A stretch of 64,000 nt of DNA from Eledone cirrhosa. Its lineage: Eukaryota. The position numbers and the translations under genes were made by a program. Of this stretch, positions 26,726 to 41,981 are shown in pieces. Numbering within the stretch: the stretch's first letter is position 1; each line of letters opens with the position of its first letter. The stretch is from contig OZ024752.1 in assembly GCA_964016885.1 (NCBI GenBank), positions 47,740,001-47,804,000 on the forward strand. The letters are read 5' to 3'. The notes below the pieces were generated by a model. It was not told where the DNA came from and did no database searches. It saw only the letters and a program-made list of their open reading frames with translations.

Positions 26726-27608
26726 AATTTATTCAAAACAGATTATGGTAAATATATATATATAAAGTTGTAGTTCCTGTCTATTGTTTGTTCATGAACT
26801 CCTCCTATGGTTTTGGAGATAGACCCCATAACCATATATATTCTGAAACTACATTTCCCAGGGTATAAGTATATTTCATTTTAATCAAAGGGTTCCCCGG
26901 GGACACAAACCCCCGCTGAAAACTTTTTCCCTTCGATTTATATGAAATTTAAACCATAAGTAAATGACAAGATATGATGCCTATTCACAAAATTTCAGCA
27001 AATTTTGATAATATTAAGACATCCTAATGGGGGTTAAACCCCCTATAGTGAAAGATTTTGGAAGCCCATAACTTGAGTATTGGAACCTCTGTTATCACGG
27101 GTTTTTTCTATTAATTAAACATAAATCAACAAAAAAAGCACCTCTCTTTTATTGTCAAATTTGGCTAATTTAGACAATTTATCTATGGCAAAACATCACT
27201 AAAATTATGACAAAAATTAACAACAAAAATCATCATTTTCTTACCCCCCCCCCCCAAAAAAAAAATGTGTGAAACACAGCAAGACGCGGGTAATTTGGCT
27301 AGTTGTGAAATAAAATGAGAGTCAATGCTTGCGTATTTAACATAAGGAAAGCCCCCTAAAATACATGTCTCCTTTTCCAAAATAAAATAATTTCAACTTG
27401 CAGTTTGGTAAGCTGATGAAATAAGTTTTTTAAACTTCTACCAAGAAGTGTCAAAAACTTATTTCTGACCACACTAAAAAAATTACTAAGCCTGCATTTT
27501 TCACTACACTGTCCACATTCACCTACTTTGAATGTTTCCACAATCCTGCTACATGACAAAGACGTTTAGTGATTTATTTATAAATTGCAGGACATTATAA
27601 TATATATA

Positions 27609-27800
27609 AGGGCGGTGGATTGGCAGTATCAGTAGAGGGTCGGACGCCATGCTTTCCAGCATAGAGTTACGTCCCTTTACGGTCTGAGTTCAAATCCCGT
27701 CGAGGTTAACTTTGCCTTTCATCCTTACGGGGTCGATAAAATAAAGTACCAGTAATGCACTGGGTGATTGCCGGCCTTGTGCCAAATATAGAAACAATTA
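27609..27800 (+). mobile_element. MetaSINE-like element
   Basis: Full consensus; ATTATAATATAT on both sides. Confidence 0.85.
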
Positions 27801-28467
27801 TAATATATTTAAGTAAATTAATCAAATTCGTATAAAACTGTGATCCTTAAAGGTTCAAGTATGTGCTTTTCTGAGATCTGGGCCCTAGGTGGCTGCCTAG
27901 TTGCCCTTAATGGTAGCACTGGCCCTCCTGATCTCAGCCAATGGATGGACTTGAACATACTCAGCCAGCATGTTAACAACTTGGCAGCAACTTTATCTTT
28001 TCAAATTAATAAATTAAGTAAATAAGATTTTCTTTTAAAATCTTTGAAATCCTCCCCCTTCCTTACCATTCACTATCTCATCCTTTCCCTACCTCCCACT
28101 CCTATTATTTACTGTCTTTTCCTCCCCTTCCCCCTTCTCCCAAACTCCCTCTTTCTAAAATTCACCTGATATTTCACTAATTATCACAGGACAGGATTAA
28201 CTTTGTTGATAGATCTGTCGGATTACTGCATGTGTGTGTGTGTGTGATTATATATGTCAGTGCTTGCATATTATGTATGTGTATGTATGTGTATGTATGG
28301 ATGCATGTGCTTGTGTGTATGCATTGTGTATATGTATGTATGTGTGCAGCATGCATGAATGCATGTGTATGTACATATATATGCATCTGTGTATGTATAT
28401 GTGTGTGAGAGAGAAAGAGAGTATGTATGTTTACACATGGGCATATGCATATGCGTGTTAGAAGGCA

Positions 28468-28499
<32 letters not shown>

Positions 28500-28676
28500 T
28501 GTGTGTATAAGTTGGATTATATTTCTAAAATGGAAGTTATTATAATATTCAAATGACTAAGTATAAGATAACGAACACAAACCAATGCATTACTGACAAA
28601 CACATACGTATACATACAACATTCATACACACACACAAATATATATATACATATATATATACACACACAGATATAT

Positions 28677-28734
<58 letters not shown>

Positions 28735-30027
28735 GGAAAGTAGATGTCAAATCGTGATGATGATAGTGATGATATACATGTATACATACACATGCACACA
28801 CACACATATACACACATATATATATATATATATACATACATATATATATATACATATATACATATATATATACATACATATATATACATATACAAACATA
28901 TATACACATATACGTACATATATATACATACATATATATATACATATACATATATATATACATACATATATATATATATACATACATACATACATTTATA
29001 TATACATACATATACATATACATACATATACATATATACATATATATACATACATATTTCTCAGTCAATGCACACACTTTACTTTAATTCCATAAAAGTC
29101 ACAGAAATGAATTTGCAGCAAAAGTGATTAAAATGCGTGTAAATGTAAATGCATATATATACACATACACACACACACACACATATATATATATGTACAC
29201 AAACACACACACACACACATATATATATATATGTACACACACACACATATATATATATACACACACACACATATACATATATATATGTACACACACACAT
29301 ATACATATACACACACACACATATACATATATATACACTCACACATACACACACACACATATATATAATATATATATAATATATATGTGTGTATATATAT
29401 AATATATAATATATATATTTGTGTGTGTGTATGTATGTCTTTCAATATAAGTAGGTCAGGGAAAATATTATTTTATCATAGATTATTTATTTGTTGATTT
29501 TTTTAATCTTTACTTTTCCTTCCTTTTAGGTTTTCATTTGATGAACTTATTGAAAATCTTTTTAAAATTTTTATTTAGTCATGGGACTTTGAAACATAAT
29601 GGAATATACTAGCTGAGTATTGGAATCAATTTAAGAAATTTATGGTAAGTTAATCCATGCTAATCTTAAATCCAAGTCCTGGTTATTATTTCTTTTTTTT
29701 TTTTTTTCTTAATTTACTCAGCTGGATGTAAAAAATAAAAATAAAATATATTTTCCAATCTCCCAGGCTTTGGGATTTATTTATTTCACATTATTATCAT
29801 TATTATTATTATTATTATTATTTTTTTTTTTTTTTGCATATTCACATAGGCATAAAATAAAAACTTTTGAGCTTATAGAAGGAAACAGATGGGAATACTT
29901 TTACTTCTATTCTTTTACTGGCTTCAGTCGTTAGACTATGGCCATGCTGGAGCACTACCTTTTTGTAGTTCATCAACCACATGGCTGCTAAATAAAATCT
30001 TAACCTACACCGCCATACCTGCATAAT

Positions 30028-30435
30028 AATTGTTTCTATTTTAGGCACAAGACTAATAATTTGAAGGGGAAGGGGAAAGTCGATTAAACCGACCCCAGTG
30101 TATTACTGGTGCTTTATTTTATTGACCCCGTAAGGATGAAAGGCAAAGCTAACCTCGGTGAGATTTGAATTCAGAACGTAAAGGGTTATAACTCTATGCC
30201 GCTCTACCGATACTGCCAATTCACCACACATATGCCTGCATGACAATTGTTTCTACTTTTGGCACAAGGCCAGAAATTACCCCAGTGCATTGCCGGTACT
30301 TTATTTTATCGACCCCGTAAGGATGAAAGACAAAGCTAATCTCGGTGAGATTTGAGCGCAGAACATAAAGGGCCATAACTCTATGCTGCGAAACATGGTG
30401 ACTGATGCTCTACCGATTCTGCCAATCCACCACCA
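30028..30435 (-). mobile_element. Two tandem MetaSINE-like copies
   Basis: Two diverged reverse-complement consensus units. Confidence 0.75.
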
Positions 30436-30608
30436 ACCTTAAGTCTGCATAATAATATTAATTATTGTTCTGACATAGGCACAAGGCCCTAATATTGGTA
30501 CCAGTTTAGGTAGGTGCGGGGTCATCAATTATATAATTTTGTCCATGTTTTCGATATTCCATGGTTTTTTCTTTGCATTTGTTTTGATTTTATTATTTAT
30601 TTATTGAA

Positions 30609-30830
30609 AGGGCGGTGGATTGGCAGCATCGGTAAACGGTCGGATGGCATGCTTTGCAGCATAGAGTTACGCCCCTTTATGATCCGAGTTCAAATCCCGC
30701 CGAAGTTAACTTTGCCTTTCATCCTTATGGGGTCGATAAAATAAAGTACCAGTCATGCACCAGGGTCGATTTAATCGACTTTCGCCTGCCCCAAAATTGC
30801 TGGCCTTGTGCCTATATAAGAAACCATTAT
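30609..30830 (+). mobile_element. MetaSINE-like element
   Basis: Consensus head and Meta domain with a longer tail variant. Confidence 0.8.
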
Positions 30831-31082
30831 ATATTTATTGGAGGAAGAAATTAGAGGGGTTTTATTGAACATTTATAGATCATAACAAAAGATCAATGAC
30901 ATAAAGGAAACACAGAGTAATATTTAGGGCCATAACTTTAGCAGCTTATTAATATATTATGTGGGGCAAAATATCATGTGGCAGAAGAATGTCTTACTGC
31001 AGTTAATGATTGCATCTCTAAAAATGTCTGTATGTTTGTATGTGTGTCTCTATATGTGTGTGTATATATAGATACATATATT

Positions 31083-31124
<42 letters not shown>

Positions 31125-31378
31125 GACATATGTACTTACTCACTCACAGATATGCACACATATATATATATATATATAATCATATATATATATATATGTA
31201 GGTATGTTTATATATGTATATATATATATGTTTATCTATGTATGTATATATCTATCTATCTATATATGTATATATATATGATACAAAAGATACAGAAGCG
31301 AAAACCAACGAAACAGTGAGTGTGTTCTGTTATTAATTTTGGCAATATTATTACAACAATATGACCCTCCCCAAGTAT

Positions 31379-31434
<56 letters not shown>

Positions 31435-31545
31435 GTATACATATATAAATATAGCTATATTTATTCATATATATATATACACACACACAGATACACATAC
31501 AAATATATATACACATGCACACACATATATACTTACATACACACG

Positions 31546-31607
<62 letters not shown>

Positions 31608-32017
31608 AATAATATTCTATAGTTACATATATACAAGTGTGCTTTTTCCTCTTTCCTTTCCTTTACTTTCTTTCATGTCTGCATCTCTGCCAAAGTTGGA
31701 CCTAATATCAAACTCCATCTTACTCAATACTTTATAACACAATCCAATTATTAATAGCTCCTTTCATGTTTTTACTTTCATAGATTCACCTCAGTAAAAC
31801 AGTAAGAGAGGAAGGGTCAGACAACCTACCTACTATTATTACTATAATAGACGAGAAAGTTATTCATGAAAGTCTGTAAATTATAAGAAACTCTCCATTT
31901 TCTTTTATTTGTAATTGTATTTTTTAAAAAATCTTTTCATAGATTTTTGTTTTTCTTTCCGTTTGTTTCTGATATCAAAATTCTCAATTTGACCTATTTT
32001 TTCCTACTGCTTTCTTT

Positions 32018-32058
<41 letters not shown>

Positions 32059-32420
32059 TAAAATATATAATATATATAATATATATAATATAATATATAT
32101 ATACATAATATATATATAATATATAATATATATATAATATATAATATATATATATATATATATATAATATATAATATATATATATATATAATATATAATA
32201 TATATAAAATATATAATATATATAATATAATATATAATATAATATATAATATATAATATATATATATATATAATATATATATATATATAATATATAATAT
32301 ATATAAAATATATAATATATATAATATAATATATAATATAATATATATATATAATATATATATATATAATATATAATATATATATATATATATATAATAT
32401 ATATATATATATAATATATA

Positions 32421-32458
<38 letters not shown>

Positions 32459-32685
32459 TGCATGTGTGTGTATATATGCAGACTCACACTATAGCGGTAG
32501 ATTTTTACAGGATCAATAATCAGTAACCGTAAATTATCCATTTTCTTATTAAATCATTTATTTGATATAAGGAACAATACTTTTTACGGAGATTAACTTT
32601 CACTAGTTCGCCAGGAGTTTTTCTTTCTTATCGAGAAGGTAAATAGTCAATTATGTATGCTTATATATGTATATATATATATATA

Positions 32686-33277
32686 TCATGGACACGTGAT
32701 GCGCATGAAAGTCGATAACTGTATAACAAAGTGCAGGGCAATAAAGATAGACGGTAGCCACGGAATAGGCAGACCTAGAAAATCCTGGGACGAGCTGATA
32801 AATTCCGACCTCACACACTTACACCTCTCCAAGACAATGTCACTGGACCGAGACCTTTGGCGGTACTCAGTAATAGAGAAGACCCGCCTTACCTAAATAC
32901 ATAGTAAAACCTACTACAGCCAGTAGGCATCTCTAACAACACCGTCCCACCACCCCCATCCACACCACCCCCTCCTATGTAAAGTTATGTTGGTGCCACA
33001 ACATCCAGGCCGAAACAAATGAGATCGTGTAGGTGTCACGACAAAAAAAACACACAGTCCACGCTGTAATGTGGCCGTGTAGGCAACACGGTAAAAACCT
33101 CCCAGACCCACACTGTAAATGTGGTTGGTGTTAGGAAGGGCATCCAACTGTAGAAAACCTGCCAGACAGTCCTATGCGAGCAAGACAATCACTCTTGCCT
33201 CAAGTGGGAATACCCCCGTCCAAACCCATGCAAGCATGGAACACAGACGTTAAACGTTGATGATGATGATGATGATG
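32686..33277 (+). mobile_element. RTE-clade LINE 3' end with 3' UTR
   Basis: HGHVMRM...GRPRKSW...DRDLWR is the typical RTE C-terminus; ends GACGTTAAACGTT(GAT)n. Confidence 0.8.
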
Positions 33278-33615
33278 AATCACCATTATTACCGTTTATA
33301 CCATGCTAACATCTGTTAAATTGGTTGTTACAGTTTAGTGACCAGACAGGGTCAGGAATGACAGTCTTGTTCATATGTTCCAGTTTGGCATAGTTTATAC
33401 AGCTGGATGACCACACTTTGTGCATCGAGTTTAGAATAAGTAGACTCTATTCTGGTATGTCATAGGAGGTGACTAAAACATTTGATGTCAGGAAGAGCAT
33501 TATGGCCATAAAACATCATGATGAGTATGTAACTTGTCATGAGGCCCACAAGGCTAACCTCTGCTTTAGCATGGAAAATGGTCTTAAAATACTTGCAGTA
33601 TGCGTAAATGCATAA

Positions 33616-33674
<59 letters not shown>

Positions 33675-34074
33675 ATAAAATAACAGATTAAAGTTTAAGC
33701 AAAGAATCGCTGCTTTGGATTTTAGTCTTCAAATTTATTATTATTACTATATATATATATATATATGAGAGATGTAAGTAAGTTAATTTTATAATTTTTT
33801 TATAATTTTATAATTTTCTTATCTTACGTCTCTCATATTATTGTTCTGCAACCCCATGCATTGAACCACAATGTTACTAAGACAAAACCTATATATTTGC
33901 TAGCATTGATATGCATCTGTATGTATATAAATGTTACTAGATATAAATTCTTTATATATATATATATATATATCGACAGTCGATTGACTTTTGTCAAATC
34001 GGACCGAGGAAACAATGTTTCTTTTGGTTTTTCCAATTGCTAATACTATCTATTGATTGCAAATCCAGGTAGAA

Positions 34075-34192
34075 GGAGCAATGTGAAATAAAGTGTCTTG
34101 CTCAAGGACATAACGCATCGCCCAGTCCCGGAATCGAACTCACAACTTCACGATTGTGAATCCAATTCTCTAACCCCTCAGCCACATTACCT

Positions 34193-34195
<3 letters not shown>
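34075..34195 (-). mobile_element. SINE tRNA head and CORE fragment
   Basis: GGAGCAATGTGAAATAAAGTGTCTTGCTCAAGG...GAATCGAACTCACAAC. Confidence 0.7.
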
Positions 34196-34276
<81 letters not shown>

Positions 34277-35097
34277 TACACACACATATAAAATCGTTTC
34301 CAACAGTTCATAACTTTGAAGCTAGATGGGGTTACTAGTTTATTGATGTGACATTTGTCAATCATTCAGATTTCTGTTGTTAATAAATGTTTGCTTTAAA
34401 AAAAATAGTCATTTTACTGAAAAAAAAACCAAACAAACCCAGGTACAGCAACTGAAGCTGTGTAAATGTGTAAAATAAATGCAGCAGTCAACAGGTTAAA
34501 CTAATGTTATCACCAGATTTAGACAATGAAAATCCCCCCAAAAAATTTTTTATTACTTTATCAATGACAAATACATTACCATTACATAGCAATTTCATGA
34601 TATGTGATGACAATAAAAACAAAAACAAAACAAAACAAATGATTCCAGGTCTGTTTTCATTGAGGCTAACAAATATAATATTGTAATTTTAAATAGTGAA
34701 TGATGAATACTCTCAATCTTAGCTAAATTTGTTTTTACAGCAATGGAAAAAGATTGCCAGATATAATGAAACTAAAGTCAACATGACACTGCCAATAATG
34801 GATCGTTTTTTATTTAGACTATTTCTTTTTAATCACATTTAGTCATCTTAACCCATTTCACACCAGCTAAGCTAAAACTGGCTGTGGTTATATGAAACAG
34901 AACCACCTATTTTAAAGGGTTCCTATTTAAATTAAAATCATCCAACATAATCTTATATTAAGTTATTTTCTTAGTAATGAAATAATGCAATTCATGAAGA
35001 TGTGTTTGATGAAAGAAAGAAGGAGAAAATGTGAGATGTTCTCTCAATAGTAATTGTCATTGTAGAAATAACAAGTGGTATTATTTCATGATGATAC

Positions 35098-35277
35098 ATT
35101 GGCAGTATCGGTAGAGGGTCAGGTGCCATGCTTTGCAGCATAGAGTTACGTCCCTTTATGGACTGAGTTCAAATCCTACCGAGGTAAACTTTGCCTTTTA
35201 TCGTTACGGGGGGGTTGATAAAATAAAGTACCAGTAATGCACTGGGGTAATTGCTGGCCTTGTGCCAAAAGTAGAAT
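35098..35277 (+). mobile_element. MetaSINE-like element
   Basis: Matches the consensus. Confidence 0.8.
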
Positions 35278-35312
35278 ATATATATATATATATTATATAC
35301 ATATATATATAT

Positions 35313-35343
<31 letters not shown>

Positions 35344-35398
35344 TATTATATACATATCATCATCATCATTTAATGTCCATCTTCCATGCTAGCATGGG

Positions 35399-35446
<48 letters not shown>

Positions 35447-35452
35447 GATATA

Positions 35453-35635
35453 TATTTTATAGAAGGAGCTTCTACAGGACTAGTACTGTTTCATTCAGAT
35501 GAAATCTTCAGGATGAATGAAACAGTACTAGTCCTGTAGAAGCTCCTTCTATAAAATAACATTTTTTACTCTGCCATGTATTGAGTACCTTACTTACTGT
35601 GGTTATCCCCGACTCAACCCGGGACCTACGTATAA
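35453..35635. mobile_element. Family A pLTR fragment with inverted hammerhead halves
   Basis: Arms 35453-35496 and 35514-35558 are inverted copies of ATGAAACAGTACTAGTCCTGTAGAAGCTCC, followed by GTATTGAGTACCTTACTTACTGTGG; embedded in (TA)n. Confidence 0.65.
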
Positions 35636-35902
35636 GGGATATATATATATATATATATATAAGGGATAACAAAATATCGTTATAGGTAATCCAGTTAGAG
35701 GTTGTGAATACTTCTTATTATGGATAGTTTTAGCGTATGGCATTGGTTGACTCAACAAGGGGTTTACGTAGATGGCGCTGCTTCTAGTGTTCAGCAATTT
35801 TTAGACAACTTTATCAAAGAAACAATTGTTAGACTGTAAATAAATCCCCTTTTTTGTACTGTTGACCATGTTATTCTCTACTTTCTCAATTATATATATA
35901 TA

Positions 35903-36240
35903 TGGAGGCACATGGCTTAGTGGTTAGAGTATTGGCCTTGCAATCAAAAGGCTGTGCGTTCAATTCTCAGACCGGGTGATGTGTTGTTTCCTTGAGCAAG
36001 ACACTTTATTTCACATTGCTCCAGTTTACTCAGCTGTAGAAATGAGATGATAGGGACTGGGATCCCTATCATTCCACTGCAAAGTGGTTGTGGAGGTGCC
36101 ACGGCAAAAAAGCACCCATCACTCACTGTAAATGAGGTTGGTGTTAGGAAGGGCATCCAGCTGTAGAAATCAAGCCAGAATCAGTTCTCGTCCCACCCTT
36201 GCAAGCAGGGAAAAGTGGACATAAAATGAAATGATGATGA
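35903..36240 (+). mobile_element. Full-length CORE-SINE
   Basis: Near-identical to 23643-23990. Confidence 0.85.
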
Positions 36241-37012
36241 TATATATATATAAATTTTAGTACAGCATTGACTAAGCTTTAGAATACGGCCAAGCTAGCG
36301 TATATGCATAATCAGTCTGTAGCTTGAGCACTCAGATGAGGAAAGACCCCAGAGTAATAACATTACGTTCAGACAGCTTAGCAAATCAGATATAGCGGTT
36401 GGCAGTCCAGCCGCATCACTAGAGCAACGAAAATACAGGACCCAGGAAAAGATTATATATAGGTAGAGAGAGAGACATATATGTTTGTGTGTGTAGTTTT
36501 GTTTTTGCTTGATCATTCGTTAAAGTTATATGTAAGTATGTGTATGAATGTGTGTGTATATATATGTATTATGTCTGTGTGTGTAAATGCATGAGTTTGA
36601 GTCTGTATTCCACTTAGTTATGTCTAGTATGAAATTGGTGAAATTTGTAAAAACGAAAATATATATATTAAAGAAAAAAAAAATACTTTAAAAAAAAAAT
36701 ACTTTTTAAAAAAAATACTTTTAAAAAAAAATACTTTAAAAAAAAAATACTTTTTAAAAAAAATATCAATCAATAGAAATTATAAAATTTGTCAGTGATG
36801 AAATTGCATTCTTGAAGAAGTTTGAAAAATTTGTCTTAAAAATGTCAAAATGTTTCTTCTGCCTAACACCAACCATTCCTTTCTCCTCACCATTCCACCC
36901 CTCTCTTCACTAGTCTACAACACCCCCAGACTCAGCTTCCAACACCTCATCCTCCTGTTTCACCTGTCCTATCACCCATTACCTTCTACCTCTTCACATG
37001 TCCACACATCAT

Positions 37013-37050
<38 letters not shown>

Positions 37051-37498
37051 GCTACTACTACTACTATCACTACTATTACTACTACTACTACTACACCACC
37101 ACCATTACCACCACCACCTTCATTTGTTTAATATAGTTTCTGATTACTATTATTATTATTGTTATTACTAAATCATTACTTTTTGCTGTTGTTGTTGTTG
37201 TTAGTATTGTTGTCGTTTAAATTGTTATTGTTGTTGTTGTTGTTTTCTTGACTTTAAAAAAAAATGTTTGTTTTTTGTTTTTTTTTGTGTCAGAAAAAAA
37301 ACAAAAACAAAAAAACTCACACAAAACAAAACAAAACAAAACAAAACAAACAAACAAATAAATAACGACAGTAGTTACAACAACACCAATAACAACAACA
37401 ACAACAGTGCTGGTAATAACATCAACATCACCAACCACAACTACAATAACAACAGTGGAGACATCATCAACAACAACAACAACAGTGGTGACATCATC

Positions 37499-37566
<68 letters not shown>

Positions 37567-37869
37567 GAACAACAACAACAACAAAAGAAGAAGATGAAGT
37601 TTTTGTTTCAATCTATTTTAATCTTTTCGTACAATGAAAGAAATGTTAATTTTAAGGAGAATAAATTTAATTCAGGTAAGTGAGTAATTAAGTTATTAAA
37701 TATTATACAACACACACATACACTTGTACACACTTACATATACACAAACATGCTTACATATACACACATACCCACAAATATACACACAGAATAACACATC
37801 TACAAACACATAAGCTTACACAGAGACTCATACATACATACAAAACAATTTACGCATATACAAACACCT

Positions 37870-38350
37870 ATGCTTACACACAGACACATACACAAACACG
37901 TATGCTTACACACAGACACATACATACACATATGCTTACACAGAGACACATACATACGCATAGACACATACACAAACACCTGTGCTTACACACAGGCATA
38001 CACAAACGTGTATGCTTACACACAGACACATACATACACATGTGCTTACACAGAGACACATACACAAACACCTGTGCTTACACACAGACACATACACATA
38101 CACATACACACATGCTTACACAGACACATACACAAACACATATGCTTACACAGAGACATACACAAACACATATGCTTACACAGAGACACATACATACACA
38201 CATATGCTTACAAACAGACACATACACAAACATGTATGCTTACACACAGACATATACACACATATGCTTACATACAGACACACAAACAAACACATATGCT
38301 TACACAGAGACACACATGCAAACACACATGCTTACACACAAACACATACA
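37870..38350. repeat. Degenerate ~30-35 bp CA-rich minisatellite
   Basis: Recurrent ATGCTTACACA core. Confidence 0.85.
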
Positions 38351-38507
38351 CAAACAATTTACGCATATACAAACACACGTTTAAATGCAGAGATAATTAT
38401 GCACTCACATACACATACATATGCACAAACTTATACATACACATAACCATACAGATACACATTTATTCTCTCCCTCTCTCTCTCTCTCTTTCACACACAC
38501 ACACACA

Positions 38508-38963
38508 ATCATCATCACCATCACCACCATCATCATTGTCACCATCATCACCAACACCGCCATCATCACCACCATCACCATCATCACCATCATCACTACC
38601 ATCGACATCATCATCATCACCATCGTTATCATCATCAACATCACCACCATTATCATCACCATCACCAACATCACCATCACCACCCTCATCACCATCACCA
38701 TCACCATCATTGTCACCATCATCACCATCACCGCCATCATCACCACCATCAACATCATCACCATCACCATCATCATCACCACCACCACCATCGTTATCAT
38801 CATCACCACCATCATCGCCATCACCATCATCATCACCATCACCATCATCAACATCATCATCATCACCATCATCATCAACATCACCACCATCACCACCCTC
38901 ATCACCATCACCATCAACATCACCAACACCACCCTCATCACCATCACCATCACCATCATCATC
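38508..38963. repeat. (CAT/CAC)n compound microsatellite
   Basis: Direct reading. Confidence 0.95.
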
Positions 38964-40397
38964 GAAAACAAGACAAACACAAATTTGAGAAATTAACTTT
39001 CCAGTTTCGTCTAGTCTCTTCGTTAGTGATGTATTGGATAATTATTTGTTGCTTAATGATAGTGTTGATGATACTTAATTGACTTATAGGCAACGAGGCG
39101 TTTGTTGCGATCTAACAGCACTATTTCTACCACTAATTATAGAAATTTACTAACTTCATCATTATTTATGTGTCTTGATAAAGCTTGTTTTGTTTTTGTT
39201 GTTATCTTTAATATTTCCTTTCTTCATGTTTTCTTTTGTTTTTGTACTGTTTATTCAGGGAGGAGACCTTAGTGCCCTGGGCTGCTCTTAGGGGCCTCTG
39301 AAACTGGTGGCGGGGAGAGAGAAAGTTGGGGGGAGGGATTAGTTTCAAACCAGAAATCTGTCCCCAATGCTTGCAACAGAAAGAACTCTGCTTTGCTAAA
39401 AGTACCCCCCACAAAAGTCAAGAAGCAATTTTGAACTGGGCAATGGATTAAGTCTACTGTCCAAGTGGACCACAGCAGAATTTGAAATGAGAATGCAAAG
39501 GGCCAGAACAACTACTGCAAGGTACACTCCATTTTGAAGCTGGTGAAATGGCAGAGTAGATGTCTGGTAGAATGTTTTGCTATTTTTTTTTAATCAACGG
39601 TTGAAATACTGATTTCTAACTTAAGCACAAGTTTGGGAAATGTTGAGGAAAAGCAATGCTTGAGTGGGGTCTCTTCTCTGAACCATCTGTTGTCCAGCTC
39701 TCCTCAGAGTTTCTTATCCCTGCCTGCCTGCATGCATGCATGCATGCGTGTATGTGTGTGTATGTATGAGTGTGTGTGTTTGTATGTGTGTATATGTATG
39801 CATCAATATGTATGTATGTGTGTATGTATATATTTTTAAATCAAAGAACTCACCAAAAAATCAGAAAAAGACAAAGAGAATTTGGACCAGAAACAAAACA
39901 AAATTAAATGATATCGTACATATGTTGTGTGTTGAGTGGGTGGCATGTGCTGTGTTTGGGATATATGTGTGTGTGTTTGAGATATTTGTGTGTGTTTGGG
40001 ATGTGTGTGTGCATGTGTGTGTGTGTTTGGGATGTGTGTGTGTGCATGTGTGTGTGTGTTTGGGGTGTGTGTGTGCGCCTGTTTGTAATCTGTGATGTGT
40101 GTGTGTGTGCATGTGTTTTTATTATGTGTGTTTGTGTGTTGTGGACTCTGTGGTGCTTTTTTTTGTTGTGTTGTGTAGTTGTCCGAGTTATGTTGTTGTT
40201 GTTGTTGTTGTTGTCTGTGTTATGTTGTGTGCTGTGGTGGCAATGTGTGTGTGTGTGTGTGTTGTGTGTGTTGTGTATTGCTGTATAATGTTTGTTACGC
40301 ATTGTTGTCTGCATGTGTGAAAACATTGGCTTATATGTCTTAAAGAAACCCAAATACAAAATGGCAGTTCTATTCCTTGAGTGACGAGAGAGGATGC

Positions 40398-40457
<60 letters not shown>

Positions 40458-40687
40458 GAGACAATAATGTTGACACAGGAATTATTCAGTTACACAATGG
40501 CTCTGTTCCACACTCCCGTAGACCAAGCCATCGTAAATTGACAATTCAAATAAAAAAAAGAAAAATGTTTATAGAGGAAAGAGAAGCACACATCTATGTA
40601 TACATGAATGTGTGTGTGTGTGTATATATGAATGTATATATATATATATATGAATGTATGTATATATATATATAAATGTATGCATAC

Positions 40688-40732
<45 letters not shown>

Positions 40733-40796
40733 TGTGTGTTTTAAGGTCTGTTGTCTTTTCATACTAGATTACACACACGTATATAAATAAATAAAT

Positions 40797-40883
<87 letters not shown>

Positions 40884-40884
40884 C

Positions 40885-41017
<133 letters not shown>

Positions 41018-41165
41018 TATATATATATATATATATATACAGATATATATATATATATATATATACAGATATATATATATATATATATATATACAGATAT
41101 ATATATATATGTATATACAGATATATATGTATATATATATATGTATACATATATACATGTATACA

Positions 41166-41234
<69 letters not shown>

Positions 41235-41287
41235 GTGTGTATATATATATATACATATATGTATATATATATATATATATATATGTG

Positions 41288-41397
<110 letters not shown>

Positions 41398-41650
41398 TAT
41401 ATACATATATATATGTATATGGCCAGGGTGAGGGTTAAGGTAGGTTAACAGCAATGGTGATTAATGACACCAATATTGAGCTAATGAATGACAGTCAGTT
41501 GAAATGATGTTCCGACAATGCCAGAGTTTTATTCTCAGTAGATTTTCTATGTCTATTGTCTGTAAGGACTCAATAAGCTCCTCTTTCTTCTACTGAAACT
41601 GAGAATATTTAAGTGTAAATAAATAAATAAATAAATATATATATATATAT

Positions 41651-41860
41651 ATAGGAACCAGTAAGACCCCGACAGCTGAGCTCAAGCCGTTTCGACGGCT
41701 AATTCTGGACTCATTTAGTCCAGAATTAGCCGTCGAAACGGCTTGAGCTCAGCCGTCGGGGTCTTACTGGTTCCTATTACCCACTCTACTACCCTAAGTA
41801 TTGAGTACTTTGGTGCGTTATGGTCCACCTGGTTCCTTACCACATTTCCTTCGTTATATA
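41651..41860. mobile_element. Palindromic pLTR-like fragment with a hammerhead 3' half
   Basis: Inverted repeat 41651-41777 containing GAAA-CGGCT TGAGCTC AGCCG-TC; downstream GTATTGAGTAC motif is shared with family A. Confidence 0.55.
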
Positions 41861-41981
41861 TATATATATATATATACATACATACACATAAATGACGTCT
41901 ACAGGACTTTGTATGAAATCATCAGGAATATATATATTAAAGGGGCCTATAATCTACCAATGGATTGAATATATATATATA

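Noticed and set aside
29578-29644. Plus-strand exon ending ATG|GTAAGT
   Set aside because: Stops in all three frames; cannot be supported as coding.
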